Source: Marsupella aquatica (lineage: Eukaryota > Plantae > Marchantiophyta). From it: 64,000 nucleotides of DNA. A program made the position numbers and the translations under genes. Below, one piece after another: positions 1 through 13,054 of this stretch. The stretch's first letter is position 1. The number at the start of each line of letters is the position of its first letter. The DNA lies in NCBI GenBank assembly GCA_973895155.1, contig OZ316899.1, positions 3,741,455 to 3,805,454 on the forward strand, written 5' to 3'. A model generated the notes under the pieces. The model saw only the letters and a program-made list of their open reading frames with translations. It made no database searches and was not told the origin of the DNA.

Positions 1-269
1 AATGAGCCACCATTCCTTGCGATCAATCCTTACCCCTCCCTGACTGGTCTTCCTTCCCGTTAGTTACCCATAGCCGCCGGCACTTAGCGCGCCCTAACCC
101 TAATCGTGTTCCCCCCCGATGTTCTTACTTCCGGCCTCGGCTCGGGTTCCATAGCCACCCTTAATTGTTTATATTTTCCATCTTTTTGCTACTATACTAA
201 TGTGTTTCCAGGGTTTACTCCTTATTTTATCATTTAAACTGGCCTAGTTATTCCTGGCTAGGCATCACA
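1..269 (-). mobile_element. 5' end of a family-B LTR (runs off the window edge)
   Basis: Reverse complement of 6364-6634; terminates at TGTGATGCC (read on minus from 269). Confidence 0.85.
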
Positions 270-715
270 GGGGACTATCGTGTCAGCCGTTGATCTTAGG
301 TTGTGTTCCCCTTTTGATCCTCATCTGTTACGGTCCCGTCATTTTCTACTCATACCATGCCCTTTGTTGAATCCTATATATGTAGCGATTAGTATATAAA
401 TAGCAGGTACATCCATAAGCTAAATAAAACGTTGCATATTGGTAGTGGACAAGACATCACAAATAGACATTGCTCCGTGTTAAAATTAAATTAAATGGAT
501 GTGTATGTGCTATATGATGCTCCGGTTTTGAAGTGAGTTTTTAGCCCCGGGCAGGATTTCTTGTGGCTATACATACAGCCAAAGTAAAAGGGTGTCAGGT
601 GCAGAGCACTAAAGTTTTGGAGGTAAATTGCGGAAAATCCCTCGAATGCTACGGAGCACGACAAAATAACTAACCCACAGTCATCACAACTGGTGGTTGT
701 GCCAATTATTTTTAA

Positions 716-871
716 TGATATAGGCCGTCCGCCTAATTTGAATAAGTAACCTGAAGTAGATTTGCGGTCTACCACACATTGGCCGTATGCATCATCGGAG
801 TAAGCATGAAAACCAAGTGAATGGATGTGCATTTGGTTGGATTGAGGACCCTGAAATGAAAGGTCCAACAT
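716..871 (-). pseudogene. Ty1/copia RT-RNaseH junction remnant
   Basis: ORF 491-871 contains HAYSDDAYGQCVVDRKSTSGYLFKLGGRPIS, matching the copia YxDADWAGCxxDRKSTSGYxFxLGGxPISW motif. Confidence 0.75.
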
Positions 872-1103
872 ACCTGCTTGAGGGCACTTTGATGTTCCAT
901 GGAATAACTTAGGGGAGGGGACCGGATTTCACAAAATCCATATTAAGTGCTCCTAGCATTGCCTGGTACTACCGCTGCCGCGTGTACGTATTCACAGGGA
1001 GGCATCCGTGGAAATTGTTCATGTTCAGGGTTGAGGGTGCATCATGATTTGGGCCATTGCATATTCAATTTGCTTTGTCTTGTCAAAACAAATGAAGGAG
1101 TAG

Positions 1104-4100
1104 AAGAACTCATGGAATAGATTCATGATGGGGGATCTACGCTTTCGGATCACGACCCACTGGTGATAATAATTGGACTGGGAGAGTGGACGAACAACAC
1201 TCCCCCCCTTGGGGGGGTAGTTTTGTTCAAGGCCGATCCTACAATGGTAAGAAATCAGGAAAATTTGACCGCACTAGAGGGCGCATGGAACATAGGAAAG
1301 GGAGGATGCATGGAGCCGTTGCTGGCTTTCGATCGAGCTAGTAGTAGGATGCGACAGATGTACAGGATGAAATAGAGCTCCCCAAAAGAACGGGCGGAAG
1401 AGACGAGGGTGCTGCAAAATAAGCTACGGGAATGCAAGGAGGCTTTACTGGATGCCCATTCGGAGGATGATCTGAGAACGTATGTCGATGCAGAAGATCT
1501 TTTGCATGTTGCTGAACTAGAAGAAGCAAACATAAGTAGACGTCATGCTAGGATCAAATGGCTGGGTGGAGAGGATGAGACCACCTAGTTTTATTTCGCT
1601 ACAATGAAAGCTAAGAGAAGCAGGGAGGCCATGAGGACTCTATCAACGGAGGGAGGAGGTACTATTACCGAGCCGATGGCTATTCTGCAAGAAGTGGTAC
1701 GACATTGTAAAGAACTGTATGCCCCCCCTCCTCTTACAACCGGGGAGCACCAAGAGCGGCTGAGAGCAAGGAGCACCCTCCTAGCCCACACTAGACATAC
1801 AGTAACCATATCAGATTTGAATAGGATTGAAGCATTGCCCACTAGCAAGGAAATCAAGCAAACTCTCTGGCTACTGCCGTCGGATAAGGCCCCAGGCCCG
1901 GATGGTATGATTGCTGAGGTATACCGGGCCTGTTGGGAGTTTATGGGAGTGGACATAGTTGCCATGATACATGTTTTCTGGCTGACAGGTAAACTGGCTG
2001 CAGGAGTGAAAGATGGGATTATTAAATTTATTCCAAAGAAGCCTGATAAACGTTTCTTGAAGGACTGGAGACCCCTGACTATGTTGAACACGATTTACAA
2101 GCTTATTGCTAAGATCTTGGCCAATAGATTGAAGCTGGTTCTAGTTAAGCTCATCAACGTACAGCAGATAGGGTTCATCCCTGGCAGGAATATTTTGGAG
2201 AACATTTTGCTTGCCTGGCTAACATGTGATTGGGTTAAGAACAGGAAAGTGGAATCCCTGTTTCTTAAGTTGGACTTTGAAAAAGCCTTTGATAGAGTAG
2301 ATCATGAGTACATTTGGGAATCAATGCATCTGCTAGGGATTGGCAGCAACTTTATCAAGTTGGTACAGGAATTACTAAGGGACTCATCTTTGCGAATACA
2401 GGTTAACGGTGTGCTGTCAGAATCGGTGGGCGTGGAGCGGGGCGTTAGACAGGGCTGCCCGCTTTCACCCTTACTATTTGTTATCTCCACTCAACCACTC
2501 ATGGATCTCATGGATGCTGAGCTTGAGGCTGGAAGATTACTGGGGATCAAAATCACGAAGGAGCTAACAATATTTTATAGGTTATTTGCGGATGACATGG
2601 GGATGTTTATCCCTGCCACTTTGAGGAGCTTTACAATGGCCACAACTGTTTTGCATTGCTATGAAACAGCAACTTGAGCAAAACTCAACCTGTGGAAATC
2701 CATTGTCATCCCACTGTCACTGGATACTATACCGAGGTGGCTGTCAAATATAGGTTGCATGATTAGTCACAAAGGAGAGCTACAAAAGTACCTAGGTGCC
2801 CCCTTGGGGGTAGACTTGAAGACGGATCAACTGCACAGATTTGTTCTAGATAAAATCAGCATGCGCTTATCCTCTTGGGCCAATAAACTTTTGTCCTTTC
2901 AGGGCGGACACTTTTGGTGAGACACATTTTACAGGCTATTCCTATTTACCACTCCATGTTCCTAAGAGCATCTGAGGGACTTGCGAAGAAAATGATTGTG
3001 CTATGCCGAGACTTTTTATGGGGATACAACTCGGAGGGGGGCAAGAGGATCCCTCTTGTTTCATGGGCCAGAATGGCCAGACCTAGGATGGAGGGGGGAC
3101 TCGGGCTGAAGGACTTCCACAGCCACTCTGACGCTCTGCTAGCCAAATGGTTCACTGGAGCTCTAGATTGCCCAGAGACGGAATGGGCCTCTGTCTTTGC
3201 AGAAAATCTAAAACTAGTGAGCTGGATGAATTATAAGTGGATACGCCGGAACAAGTACTCCATTCAAGATAAGATGTTGTTATGCAGTCCTCGGTCCTTC
3301 AATGGACTGGCATATATTGGAGGACTGTGGAAGGCGTGGGTACAACTTCGTTCCCACCTGATTTTTGCACCCACTGTTATGATACCTGGTAGGTGGAATA
3401 TCATGGACACTATACGCTGTCTCATTGGTTTCCAATCTTGGCCCAACACAAATTTTGATGTGGTCACTGTGCTGTGTGGCCGAATGGGCATCAGAGGCAT
3501 TCAGGATTTATGGTCTGCTGAACGGAATGAGTGGCGTAATCTGAATGAGCAACTAGAACACCTTTGAGGCTTTACTTTGCTTGAGAAAACTTGCTGCAGG
3601 GAGATCTTACAGAAGGTCAGTGCTATAGATGGTTGCAGGATGAACTATGTTACTGGTTCCCGAGTCTGGAGATGGGCTGACAGACCTGATCCTATCAATA
3701 CTTTTAGGATATCCAATCTGAGGGCATACATGTTGATTTGCCCCCCGATCAGAGACTACGACAGCCTGAATCACACTTGGGGTAGCATGAAAACGGAAGG
3801 TGAATGGAATGCAAGGCGGAGTGGACTGTGGCGCTCTGACCTTTCCTCCCGTGCTAAGACATTTCTTTGGAGAATATTGGCTTCAGGTCTCTTTACGGGT
3901 GTGCAAGCCAGGCGCATTGATAAAGGAGAAGGGCACTGTAAACTGTGTAGTGGAGAAATAGAAACTATCCCCCATCATTTTGCACAGTGTGCTCATGCCA
4001 AGAGATGTTGGTCACTTGCTGCCACTTGTTTTTCAAGGACCTTTACGGATTACTCGGATAGACTACTAAATCTACTGATTCTCACAGCAGCGAAGGACCC

Positions 4101-4593
4101 CAACACAGTAGCCAAACTATTTATTCTCTATCAGATCCTTTGGTCTTTATGGCAGATCGAGTATGAATGTGCACATGTTTCAGGCCAATGGCTTTAGGAC
4201 ATTTTATCTTCGCTTTATTCTCTCAGAGGCAGCTGACCATGCATCGGCGGTGGGCCTGTGTTTACCCCCAAGCAGATGACACACACAATTGTTATGAGTG
4301 AAGGAGATCCTTATCCAGGAAAGATTAGTGTGGCTGAACAACCGGCAGACTTGGATTACAATCTAGATAGGAATTATGCTGGCCAATGGGGAATGCAGTA
4401 CTTGAGCTCTGCTTTCACCTGGCGTGGATCACTATTTTTGTGGTGGACAGCCTGGTCTCTGGGCTTTCATCGCATGTTGTTGTTTCCGCTCTTCAGGCGG
4501 GGTGGTTGATTGTGTGTTGTGGGACACTTCCTGTTTTTCCTTGCCACGGGGTTTTCGTGGTCACTAATAAATTAAGAAAAAACATTTCCAAGG
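1104..4593 (+). mobile_element. L1-clade LINE, 5'-truncated inside the endonuclease
   Basis: Flanked by a perfect 19-bp direct repeat AAAACAAATGAAGGAGTAG (1085-1103 and 4594-4612); A-rich tail AATAAATTAAGAAAAAA at about 4567-4582; carries ORF2. Confidence 0.9.
1145..4197 (+). pseudogene. LINE ORF2 (APE endonuclease tail, reverse transcriptase, zf-RVT-like Cys/His domain), interrupted by stops and frameshifts
   Basis: SDHDPLV at 1145; KAPGPDG, WRPLTMLNTIYKLIAKILANRL, LDFEKAFDRV, GVRQGCPLSPLLF and LFADD in 1604-2677; WRILASGLFTG...CKLC...ETIPHHFAQC in 3577-4197. Confidence 0.92.
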
Positions 4594-5299
4594 AAAACAA
4601 ATGAAGGAGTAGTATCATCTGCCTTAAACAAAGGCACAATGTACACCAGATACTCATGTATCAATTCAGAACTCCAAATTTCTGAACCCAATTTGGGGAG
4701 ATGCGTGACCCTTACAAAATATGATCTTCAACAAAACAAGGGAAGTTCAGGGTTATCACAGGGGAAGTGCCGTCATCACCAAAATAAGGAGTATTGCCCT
4801 TTCTATATGTACTTAATAGTCGTGTGGCTGAAAAGGTAAGTTTTGGGAATCATCCGGAACCCTATGGACAATATAACTTTATGTACGCTTTGTAGAGCAC
4901 ACGTTCTTGGGCTGAAAAACATTCGATTATGCAATCGACCCTAAACTATCATAAAAAGGCAGGGGCAAGCCTATGAACCACACATTGTGGCACCAGCTTG
5001 GGGAAATGCATATCTATGATGAGGCATCATCTGGAGGCCAGTGGCATGATGCCACTGACATGACGATGGGGTTAAGGGCCCCCCATGATGACTTTGCCCA
5101 TGAACTGCTAAAAGGCAGCCTCAAGCACAGCCAAAACATGGATGGAAAGGCCACCAGCTCCTGAATATTGGAAACCCACCAGAGAGACGTTGCAAGCTTG
5201 TCTGGTAACCCCCCTAGCTATGTTGGAAGACTATAAAGTTCAATGTACGTCTCTTGCTGGCTTCTCCCCCTTTTTGCAATCCACACTTGCCTGATCCAC

Positions 5300-6130
5300 A
5301 AATGCCTGATCCACACTGACCTGCGTGCCCAACAGCCTCGGCAATTCCATCACTTTACACCTCCACGTATCCGTAAACCCTATCCCCGGTAGTCCAATTA
5401 TATGATCCACAGTTTGAGTGGCTCGCCCATGCCTGTGTACAAGACAACACATTGCAAAAGAAGTGAATGAATAGTAATCATGAAACTGACCCTTGTAACA
5501 CAGACAAGTAAGATGACAATAGATTGGTCTTTTCATGGTCGAATGATCTGTGTGGCATTACTTGATGTTTAGTGTGTTGGAATCAAAGCGCCTACCAATT
5601 CCTGAATGAACAACTTGCTTTATATACAGGTACCAGATCCTTAGGAGATATGCTTCCCTCCCTAACGTGACTTGGTGAAAACTTAACAATGTGCCCTACA
5701 AAGTATAGAACAAACCACATAAACCTCCCTGGCATTCGGTTAAAAGGCGGGGCATGATCCATGACCATAACAAGCAATTGGTTCTATGCCAGCTGCCAAA
5801 ACTCCCCTCTTGGGAATTTTGGCAATCCTGGGCCCTGATTTACCTCCAAGTTCAGTCAACCGTAAACCCTACACCCATTAGTTGCTTCAGCTGGTTTAGC
5901 TGATTTTGTGCTTGCATTTTCAGAAGCTGATTCCGGTCGAGGAGATCTTTGCATTCCCCCCCAATTTCTATCTCTCTGCAGCTGCTAACATCAACTCCTC
6001 ATTAGCCTTTTGCAATTGATGTTGGAGTGCCTGGTTCTCCAACCAAAGACTTGCAACCTTTGTCTCAAACTTAGCTTCCATCTCCCCAAGTTTGGCTTCT
6101 GACTTATTTTTCTCGGCCTCCAGTTCTTTA
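5300..6130 (-). pseudogene. Possible highly degraded gag (coiled coil, zinc knuckle) and protease remnant
   Basis: Minus-strand translation gives KELEAEKNKSEAKLGEMEAKFE... followed by weak Cys/His-like and protease-like fragments with stops; weak match only. Confidence 0.3.
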
Positions 6131-6227
6131 GCGGCTAAGCCCAACTTGTGGATGGAGTTGTCCCTTTCCTTGGCCAGGTCCTAAACTGCTCTGGCCAACT
6201 TGACTTCCAAACTAGACACTTGTTGGT

Positions 6228-6363
6228 GCCGGACTCAAGGTCGACCATCCGGGCCCCCAGACGGACTTTGAGTTATGAGGGCTTGAGTGTGAGCTCCTCA
6301 TGGGCCCAAGGCCAATGGAGTGACGCCATGGGCAACGGACTCTTGGGGCATGAGTTATGGCCC
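6228..6363 (+). mobile_element. Family-A LTR fragment (probable left piece of the 5' LTR of element A2)
   Basis: Matches 43055-43182 and 9280-9385 (GGGCCCAAGGCCAATGGA...GAGTTATGGCCC); breaks exactly where B begins. Confidence 0.75.
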
Positions 6364-9300
6364 TGTGATGCCTAGCCAGGAATCACTAGGCCAGTTTAAA
6401 TGGTAAAATCAGGAGTGTACCCTGGAAACACATTAGTATAGTAACAACAATAAGGAAAATATAAACAATTAAGGGTGACTATGGAACTCGAGCCGAGGCC
6501 GGAAGTAAGGACGCCAGGGGAAGGAACACGATTAGGGTTAGGGCATGCTAAGTGTCGGCGGCTATGGGTAACCAACGGGAAGGAAGACCAACAAGAGGGG
6601 GGTAAGGACCGATCGCAAGGAATGGTGGCTCATTTTGCAAGCACAAACTAAGAAGACAACTACGTGAAGCCAACTACTGTCAGCTGCTTAGGCAAACACT
6701 CCGGGCAGGAGCAGATACGGACTATCAACTCAAGAAGGGTATGAGCAACGTCAATCAAGCTGCTCATTTTTGGGGATGCCTGTTTGAACGGGCAATTGAG
6801 TACATTGGGACCTACGAGGATGAAGAATCGGAAAGAGCAGCTTGAGAACGGCAGGAGCTCGCTTGACTGTGGGAGCTACAGAAGTCTGCCTTCTTAGGAG
6901 GAGAACTCATCTAGGCTGAATTCCTATGGACACCTACTGGCGATGAGCTAGACGACCTTCTGTTTTGCGAGAACAGAATCGTCGGCATCCGGGAAGCCAT
7001 CAACCACTGCAACGACATACACTGGGAGTTGAAGGGTAGCACGAAGGGGTGGACGAAGGCAACCATGCTTGGAGAAACATCCATGGCAGCCGCTATGAAG
7101 AGGAAAGGGAACAACAATGAAGAGGCCACCCCTGCAAAAAGAACAAGATCGGCGGCACCAAGGAAGCCAGCCGAGCAGGGAAGCAGGAGGCAAGAAGAAG
7201 CCGAAGAAGAGGAGGTCGACCCCATCAATGCCATTCCAACAAGGGATGACACCTGGAAAGGCTGGGCGGCGACCCTCCCCAAGGAAGTGGCATTATACTT
7301 TGCATGTGAAGAGGATGCATGCTTTATGACTATGCAGACTCAGAAGTACCAGGGCTTCTTGGCCGGATCCGGCTTGAAAACCTTTGTAAAATTACCATGG
7401 CTGAAGCTGGAGGTGACGGTCAGACTTATTAAAATTTGTGGGATCATGGGAGCTCAAGACCAATTCCACAAGGGTGTATGGGAAGGATTTATATCTCACT
7501 CCCCGGATGATTGCCGAAGCATTTGGCTTGCCAATAGGCAATAAGACCAAAGTTGAGACCAGGAAGACTTTGCTTGACAAGGAGTTCTGGTTGTTCCCAG
7601 GGCCATCAACGAAGAATGGCTTCTTTCGGAACACCTGCACCAACCCGCACATTGGAGAGATGATCGATTTCTTGCGGGTAACCATGCATTGTAACTTGCC
7701 GAGGCCAGAGATTGGCAAGGCACAGGTCTACCTGGCGGAGAGGCCAGACCCAAGCCGGGATTACAATGGGTACCTCCTCACCCAACTAAAGAAGACATTG
7801 AAGGAGGAACAACAGGTGATCGGCAAGGGAAGCGTGTCCCGATTTAGCTATCACATGCCACTGTTGCGCCGGTATGCCCGAAGTCAGATCTTTGCCCCGG
7901 TACTTCCCCTGCAGCCAAGGGCACCAGAGGAGGTTCCAAAACAGAGGCCGGCAACAGAGAAACCCAACCAACCCGATAGTCCTACAATCGAGCAAGTGTT
8001 TAGGCCAAGGACAGAAGACTTGCCGATGCAGCAACCAGGCATGCAAAATCTGCTGAAATTGCTTGAGAAGGAGAAGAGGACGGCAACGGCAACGGTAGAG
8101 AACACTGCCCCAAAAGTTGGCCTAAGCCGACTCATGAGGGAAAACCCCTTTACCGGAGCCAAGGAAAGAAGGAGGCCGGAACACAAGCCGGGGGTACAAA
8201 TGTGTGTAGAAGCCTCGAGTCCCAAAGCCGAGGAAGAGCAGCCTAAAGCTCCTTTCGCGGTAAACAGAAGGAGAAGACAGCCTGGAAGCCGGAGGAGGAA
8301 CTAGGACCTGTGAGTGATGATCGGCAAGAGGCCATGTTCACAACAAGACAAGGAGAGCAGCGGGGGGAATCGGTAGTGGAAGCCGGGGAGGTGGGGGAGG
8401 ACTATGGCAATAATGACTCCGGCTACGGGTCGGACCATCATGTCCCAGGAGTAAGGACCTGTGGTCGTTTCATCCCCACACTTCCAAGGGTAGTTTAAGG
8501 GGACCCCATCCAGCAGAGCAGCCCGGAGTCTCCCCCACCAGATGTCGCTCCCCCGAGCTTTGACGGGATAAAACAGATGGCACAGGAGTTTCAGGAGCGA
8601 CTCAGGGAAGAAAAAGAGGCAGCCTTGGCTAGGGAGAAGGATTTACCTAGGGAGGAGTGGCCAGAGGACATCCGGCGACTTGCAGAAAGACGGGGCAGCC
8701 CTCCAGCCATGATAGAAGAAATAAGGAAGGCGGCTTGGGAACAAAGGCCGCGGTGGTTGATGCCGATGACTACTACTCACCTATGCTAAAGAAAGAGCGG
8801 TGGAGTACGGGGAGATGTGTGGGGAACTTGCGCTCAACATCTTTGGGGAGGAGTTGGAGCACGGACCTCTTTTCCAGAGAGAGATGTTGGAAAAATGCCG
8901 ATTGGAAGAAGCGGTGGCTTTGGAAAGAAGAAAGAAGGATGAGGTCATCCAACGGCTTAGAGAGAAGGAAGCCAAGGCAGAGGACCTGAAGGCGGCCAAG
9001 AAAGCCCAAGATGAGCTGCGGATTAAGCGGCATGAGCTAAACATCATGTAGGGCCAACTGGATACCAGTCGCGGAACTTGACTACCTTAACACTTAGCTC
9101 CGGCATCGCTGACTCCAACGCCGAGCTCCCTTATAGGCCATCCGGGGAGGACTTAGCATGGGGAGACTTGTGGGCAATGAGACGTGGCACTAGCGAGGCA
9201 AGGAGCCAAGCTGGGGGCACACACTAAGGACTTGGACTAGCCTATGGCTGGTCGGGTCAAGGATGGCTGTCCGGACCTTTGGATGGACTTTGAGTTCTGA

Positions 9301-9473
9301 GGGCTTGGGAGTGAGCTCCTCTTGGGCCCAAGGCCAATGGAATTGACGCCATGGGCAACGGACGCTTGGGGCGCAAGTTACGGCCCGATCCGGGTTAGGC
9401 CGATCGGGGACCCCAAGCGGCGATGAGACCTGAGGGCCTAGGCATGAGCACTGGGTCGGCCCGGTCACAACGG

Positions 9474-10341
9474 TGTCGCAAGGACTTAAAGTTAGGGGCT
9501 CCTCGGGCAAACTACGCGTTTTTGGCTACGATCGGGATAGGTGACAAGCACTTTTCGGAGCGAACTCTCACTCCTTTATATTTTTTACTTTTCTCACAAA
9601 GGTTACAATAGGTGCCCTCGAGTAAGCTTGCCCGCAAGAGTCTGGTCGCTGGCCCTATGGCGGGCCGCTACCTCTAACTTGTCGGGTAGAACTCCTTGAG
9701 TGACTAACTACTCAAAATCTGACGGAAAAAACTATCCTCCTTAGCTCACAAAACCAAAAACTCGACTAGCTACTCCACTAGTCTAAACCAGGTCGCACGG
9801 AACTCGGGCCTCGACCAACAAGGCCCCAAACTCGAGAAATCCTCGCCTAGATCGACAAGACTCCAAACTCGAGAAATCCCCGCCTGGATCGACAAGACTC
9901 TAAACTCGAGAAATCCCCGCCTGGATCAACGAGACTCCAGACTCGAGAAATTCCCCGCTTGGATCAAAAACTCACTCGGAACTCCAAAACCGCCGCACAA
10001 CAGTCGAGTTCTGTAGAACGGAGTGGAACTCACAGAACGCAACTCAACAGATCTCAATAGACAACCGCCAACCTCAATGAGCCGAGGCTCAAGTCTTAAG
10101 TAGCATCGGAAACCCAACCATCCAGCCTGAGCCAGCTGCCAGTAGCGAGGCTCATCCAAACTCCAAGCCTGGTGACTCACCCAAACACCAAACCTGGTGA
10201 CGACGAGTCACCCAATCACCAAACCTCAATCCAACCAACCAAGCAGCCCCTCCAAGTCAGCATGCATGCAACCCAATTGGGAGGCCTCGCCCATCATCCC
10301 CTATAAAAGCCATTCCTGAGCCAAAATCTTTTGGCACGACA
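9474..10341 (-). mobile_element. Family-C/K solo LTR (868 bp)
   Basis: TGTCG...CGACA termini; 4-bp TSD ACGG (9470-9473 and 10342-10345); orientation taken from the PBS next to the copy at 61476. Confidence 0.92.
9831..9966. repeat. About 37-bp tandem array inside the C LTR (also about 20905-21045 and about 61826-61947)
   Basis: Repeated CTCGAGAAATCCCCGCCTGGATC...GACTCCA(A/G)A units. Confidence 0.85.
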
Positions 10342-12449
10342 ACGGGCTAAGGCACTCCGCTTGCGGATGCCTATCAAGAAAGTTATGGGCGTTGCCAATT
10401 GGTGGCGCGCCCATTATGCGCGATGGGATCCGGTTTGGGGGCCAAATGGTTAGGAACCAAAGCTAGTCCGGGGGTGGCAGGTCTCCAAAAGCATATATGA
10501 GGGGAGTGGTGTCTCCCTGGGGGCTAAGGGCGAGCCGAAGTCGTGAGCCGCGGCGGTCGCGACACTAAGGGAAAACGCCAAACGGAAATGGCGATATCTT
10601 CCCAACGGGAAGTCCGTTGGAGGACTTCTTAGGTGCATTGGAAAGCTCTTGAGAAGGGCTACGCCCTCCTGAGATCAGATAGGTCTGGGGGTGCCGTGGG
10701 TTCTTGTGGTTTTTGGGTGTTAGCTCGCCCGCTTGCCAAATCCTGCCAAACAGCAACCAAGCTGCGTTCAGTCTCCCAAAGGAGCTTGCGTTGGGGAGGC
10801 AAGGCCAAGTAGGTGCGGAGGCTGAGTTCCAAGGGTGCTTGGTCCCTAGACCACCAATGGGGCAAACCGGGAGCGGTTGCTAGAGTCGGGGCCGTTTTGG
10901 TCCCGGCGTGTTGGGACAAGCTACGCTAATTGGGCCATGAGCATGTCCTCAGGTCAGGGCGGTCAGTTGGTGATGGATAGGGTTGAGGGGGAACCCAGGC
11001 CGCGCCCAAGGAAGGAGCTATTCTGGATGAACAGCGGGCGTGGGTTCTGTTTCCGGCTTGTGGCATTGGGAGGACCTATCGCTGATGTCTGTTGAGCTTG
11101 AGTTAGGATGCTAGACTTGGCGAGTTCTAGATCCTAAAAGGTTACTTACCAAGGTGTTTGGTTGCTTGTGCAGATAGGGAGGACCGTTGAGTAGCGGTCG
11201 TGTTAGAGAGCAAGTGCGGCTTCGTATGGGAGGGGCCGCTGGCGGTGCAAGGGGCACTAGGTTGCTTGCTCGAGGTATTCCGTGGAGGCGTTCGGGCACC
11301 AAGGGCACTTAGGCGTGAGTGCTAGGATTGGCGAGGGCGCTGGGTGGCAAGGTCCACCACTATATCGCTTAGTCTGATAATCAGATTATCAAGGATAAAC
11401 TGACTCAAACCCAAGGGGAGTTGGCCAATGCTATCAAGGAAAGGGAGAAGTGGAAGCGAGAGCTGAGGGACGCAGAGGCGGCCCATACTGCAACCAACAA
11501 TCGGGCCATGGCGGAGACCCAGAGGAGGGAGAGGGCGTTGAAGGGGGAGCTCGAGGATATCCGTGGAGCCCTTGAACAGAAGGAGGCCGAGTTAGGGAAA
11601 TCCTATGAAGGGATTATTGTGCTGCAGCAGGAGCTTGCATCCCTGACGGCTAGCTTCAAGGCCAACATGCATGAGAAAGATGACTACCTCAATTAGACTT
11701 ATGCCAAGATGACCAGCTCGATTAGACTTATGCCAAGATGAACGGAGGAAGCGTTGGGGGCGTCCATTGAGGATCAACCATTGCTACCATGACGGTGGTG
11801 GAGGGCTGCTCCTTTTAAGGAGGGCGGACGTGGAGGGAGGAGGCGTGAGTGGGCAGGGCGGGCTCAAATCTCCAAGTTTAGACTTAGGATCAGGACCAAG
11901 AGGTGGCCCTGACACTTAGATTAGTGGGATTGCGGATCCATTGATAAGAGCAACACTTGTGCTCTTGCCTCGCTGTACATAGGTAGATTACAGTTATGAT
12001 ACATTAGGCTTATGCTGCAATGAATTACGCGGATCCATTGCCAGGATAAATACCTGGGCAGCGGGGAGTTGAGGGCCTTCTTCCTTAGCAAGTTTTTAGT
12101 GCACCAACAGGGCTGGGATCAAGTAGTAAAAGAATCTCTTGGTTAGTTATACTGTGACACTTGTGTATATTCATGTTTCCTCATGCCTAAGAGATGAATA
12201 GAGTTGGCCTCATGGCTTAGTTTGCAGATCTTGTGTATGAGAAGTACTGTTTGTATGACAAATGCATGGTATAACTCAGTCAGAAGGAAAGGATCCAACG
12301 GTTGAAATCCAGCGGATTGGAGTTATGACCTAATCCATGCTTGATCACAAGGACCCCTAAGTGACGGCTTCGGAGTAAGGTGACCAATACTCTACCATTT
12401 TGCATTCTCGTGTACACGGTTTTGACATTGAGGAGCGACTGTCAGTCGA

Positions 12450-13010
12450 GTGCTAAGGTGGATTGGGAGATTGCGCAAGTTCTTGGCATTCGGTGGAATG
12501 AACACCGTGAATCAGGCAGGGAAGTTTTGGGGCTGTTTGCTTGAAGAAGCAAGGCAGTTGATACCTACGTATGAAGACGTTGAGCCGGAGCACGCAACCA
12601 AAGAACAAGCGGAGCTTGCGCGATTGTGGGGAATTCACAAAACGACATTCGTAGATACGGAGGAGGTGTTGGAAAAATTCTCGTGGACACCCACCAGTGC
12701 GGAGCTTGACGAATTGCTGATCCGGGAGAATAAGGTCGTGGGGATTAGGGAGGCAATCAAGAACGTAGGGCAGCCACTTTGGGAATTGAAGGGTCACACT
12801 GCGAAGTGGACAAAGGAAGCCATTCTTGGGGAGTATTCAGGCGCTGAAGAGATGAAGCGCAAGGGAGGTTTGGCATTCGCTACTCCAGCAAAGCAAACTA
12901 GGTCGGAGAGACCAATCAAGATGGAATCCGGGCCAGTTAGAGATCGGGCTGTAGAGGATAAAACCATGACAGGGTGGGCAAACAGGTTACCTGTCGATTT
13001 ACAATTATAG
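12450..13010 (+). CDS. LTR-borne accessory protein, domain a (unknown function)
   Basis: 186-aa ORF homologous to B 6740-7100, I 22595-23338 and D1 36500-36780 (EA+..+...++.LKG/LSG motif). Confidence 0.65.
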   Translation: MLRWIGRLRKFLAFGGMNTVNQAGKFWGCLLEEARQLIPTYEDVEPEHATKEQAELARLWGIHKTTFVDTEEVLEKFSWTPTSAELDELLIRENKVVGIREAIKNVGQPLWELKGHTAKWTKEAILGEYSGAEEMKRKGGLAFATPAKQTRSERPIKMESGPVRDRAVEDKTMTGWANRLPVDLQL

Positions 13011-13054
13011 TTCGCAAGAGATGAGGATGAGGTCTTCAGTGTCGTTCAGGATAT

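Larger units (their letters stand above)
9067..11361 (+). mobile_element. Family-A solo LTR with AGT...ACT termini (contains a C solo LTR)
   Basis: Starts AGTCGCGG and ends CCACCACT; 5-bp TSD ATACC/ATATC; removing it restores the host frame. Confidence 0.9.
6640..11696 (+). pseudogene. Family-B accessory cassette (domain a, domain b, coiled-coil c), fragmented
   Basis: Translations align with G ORFs 12450-15169 (FWGCL, VGIREAI, LKG; FPGPSTKNGFFRNxCTN; EYGEMCGxLALxIFGxELExGP). Coding parts are 6640-9066 and 11362-11696. Confidence 0.8.
6364..12288 (+). mobile_element. Family-B large LTR-like unit carrying a coding cassette; interrupted by an A solo LTR (9067-11361) and truncated at about 12288
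   Basis: Begins TGTGATGCC; the reading frame resumes in frame across the A insertion (LDTA*SDNQIIKDKL); 11745-12288 is the reverse complement of 63100-63620. Confidence 0.8.

Noticed and set aside
12322-12326. GTTAT as the left TSD of the G LTR ending at 16601
   Set aside because: It is not followed by TG and not preceded by the expected A-LTR host sequence; the true left end was probably deleted.
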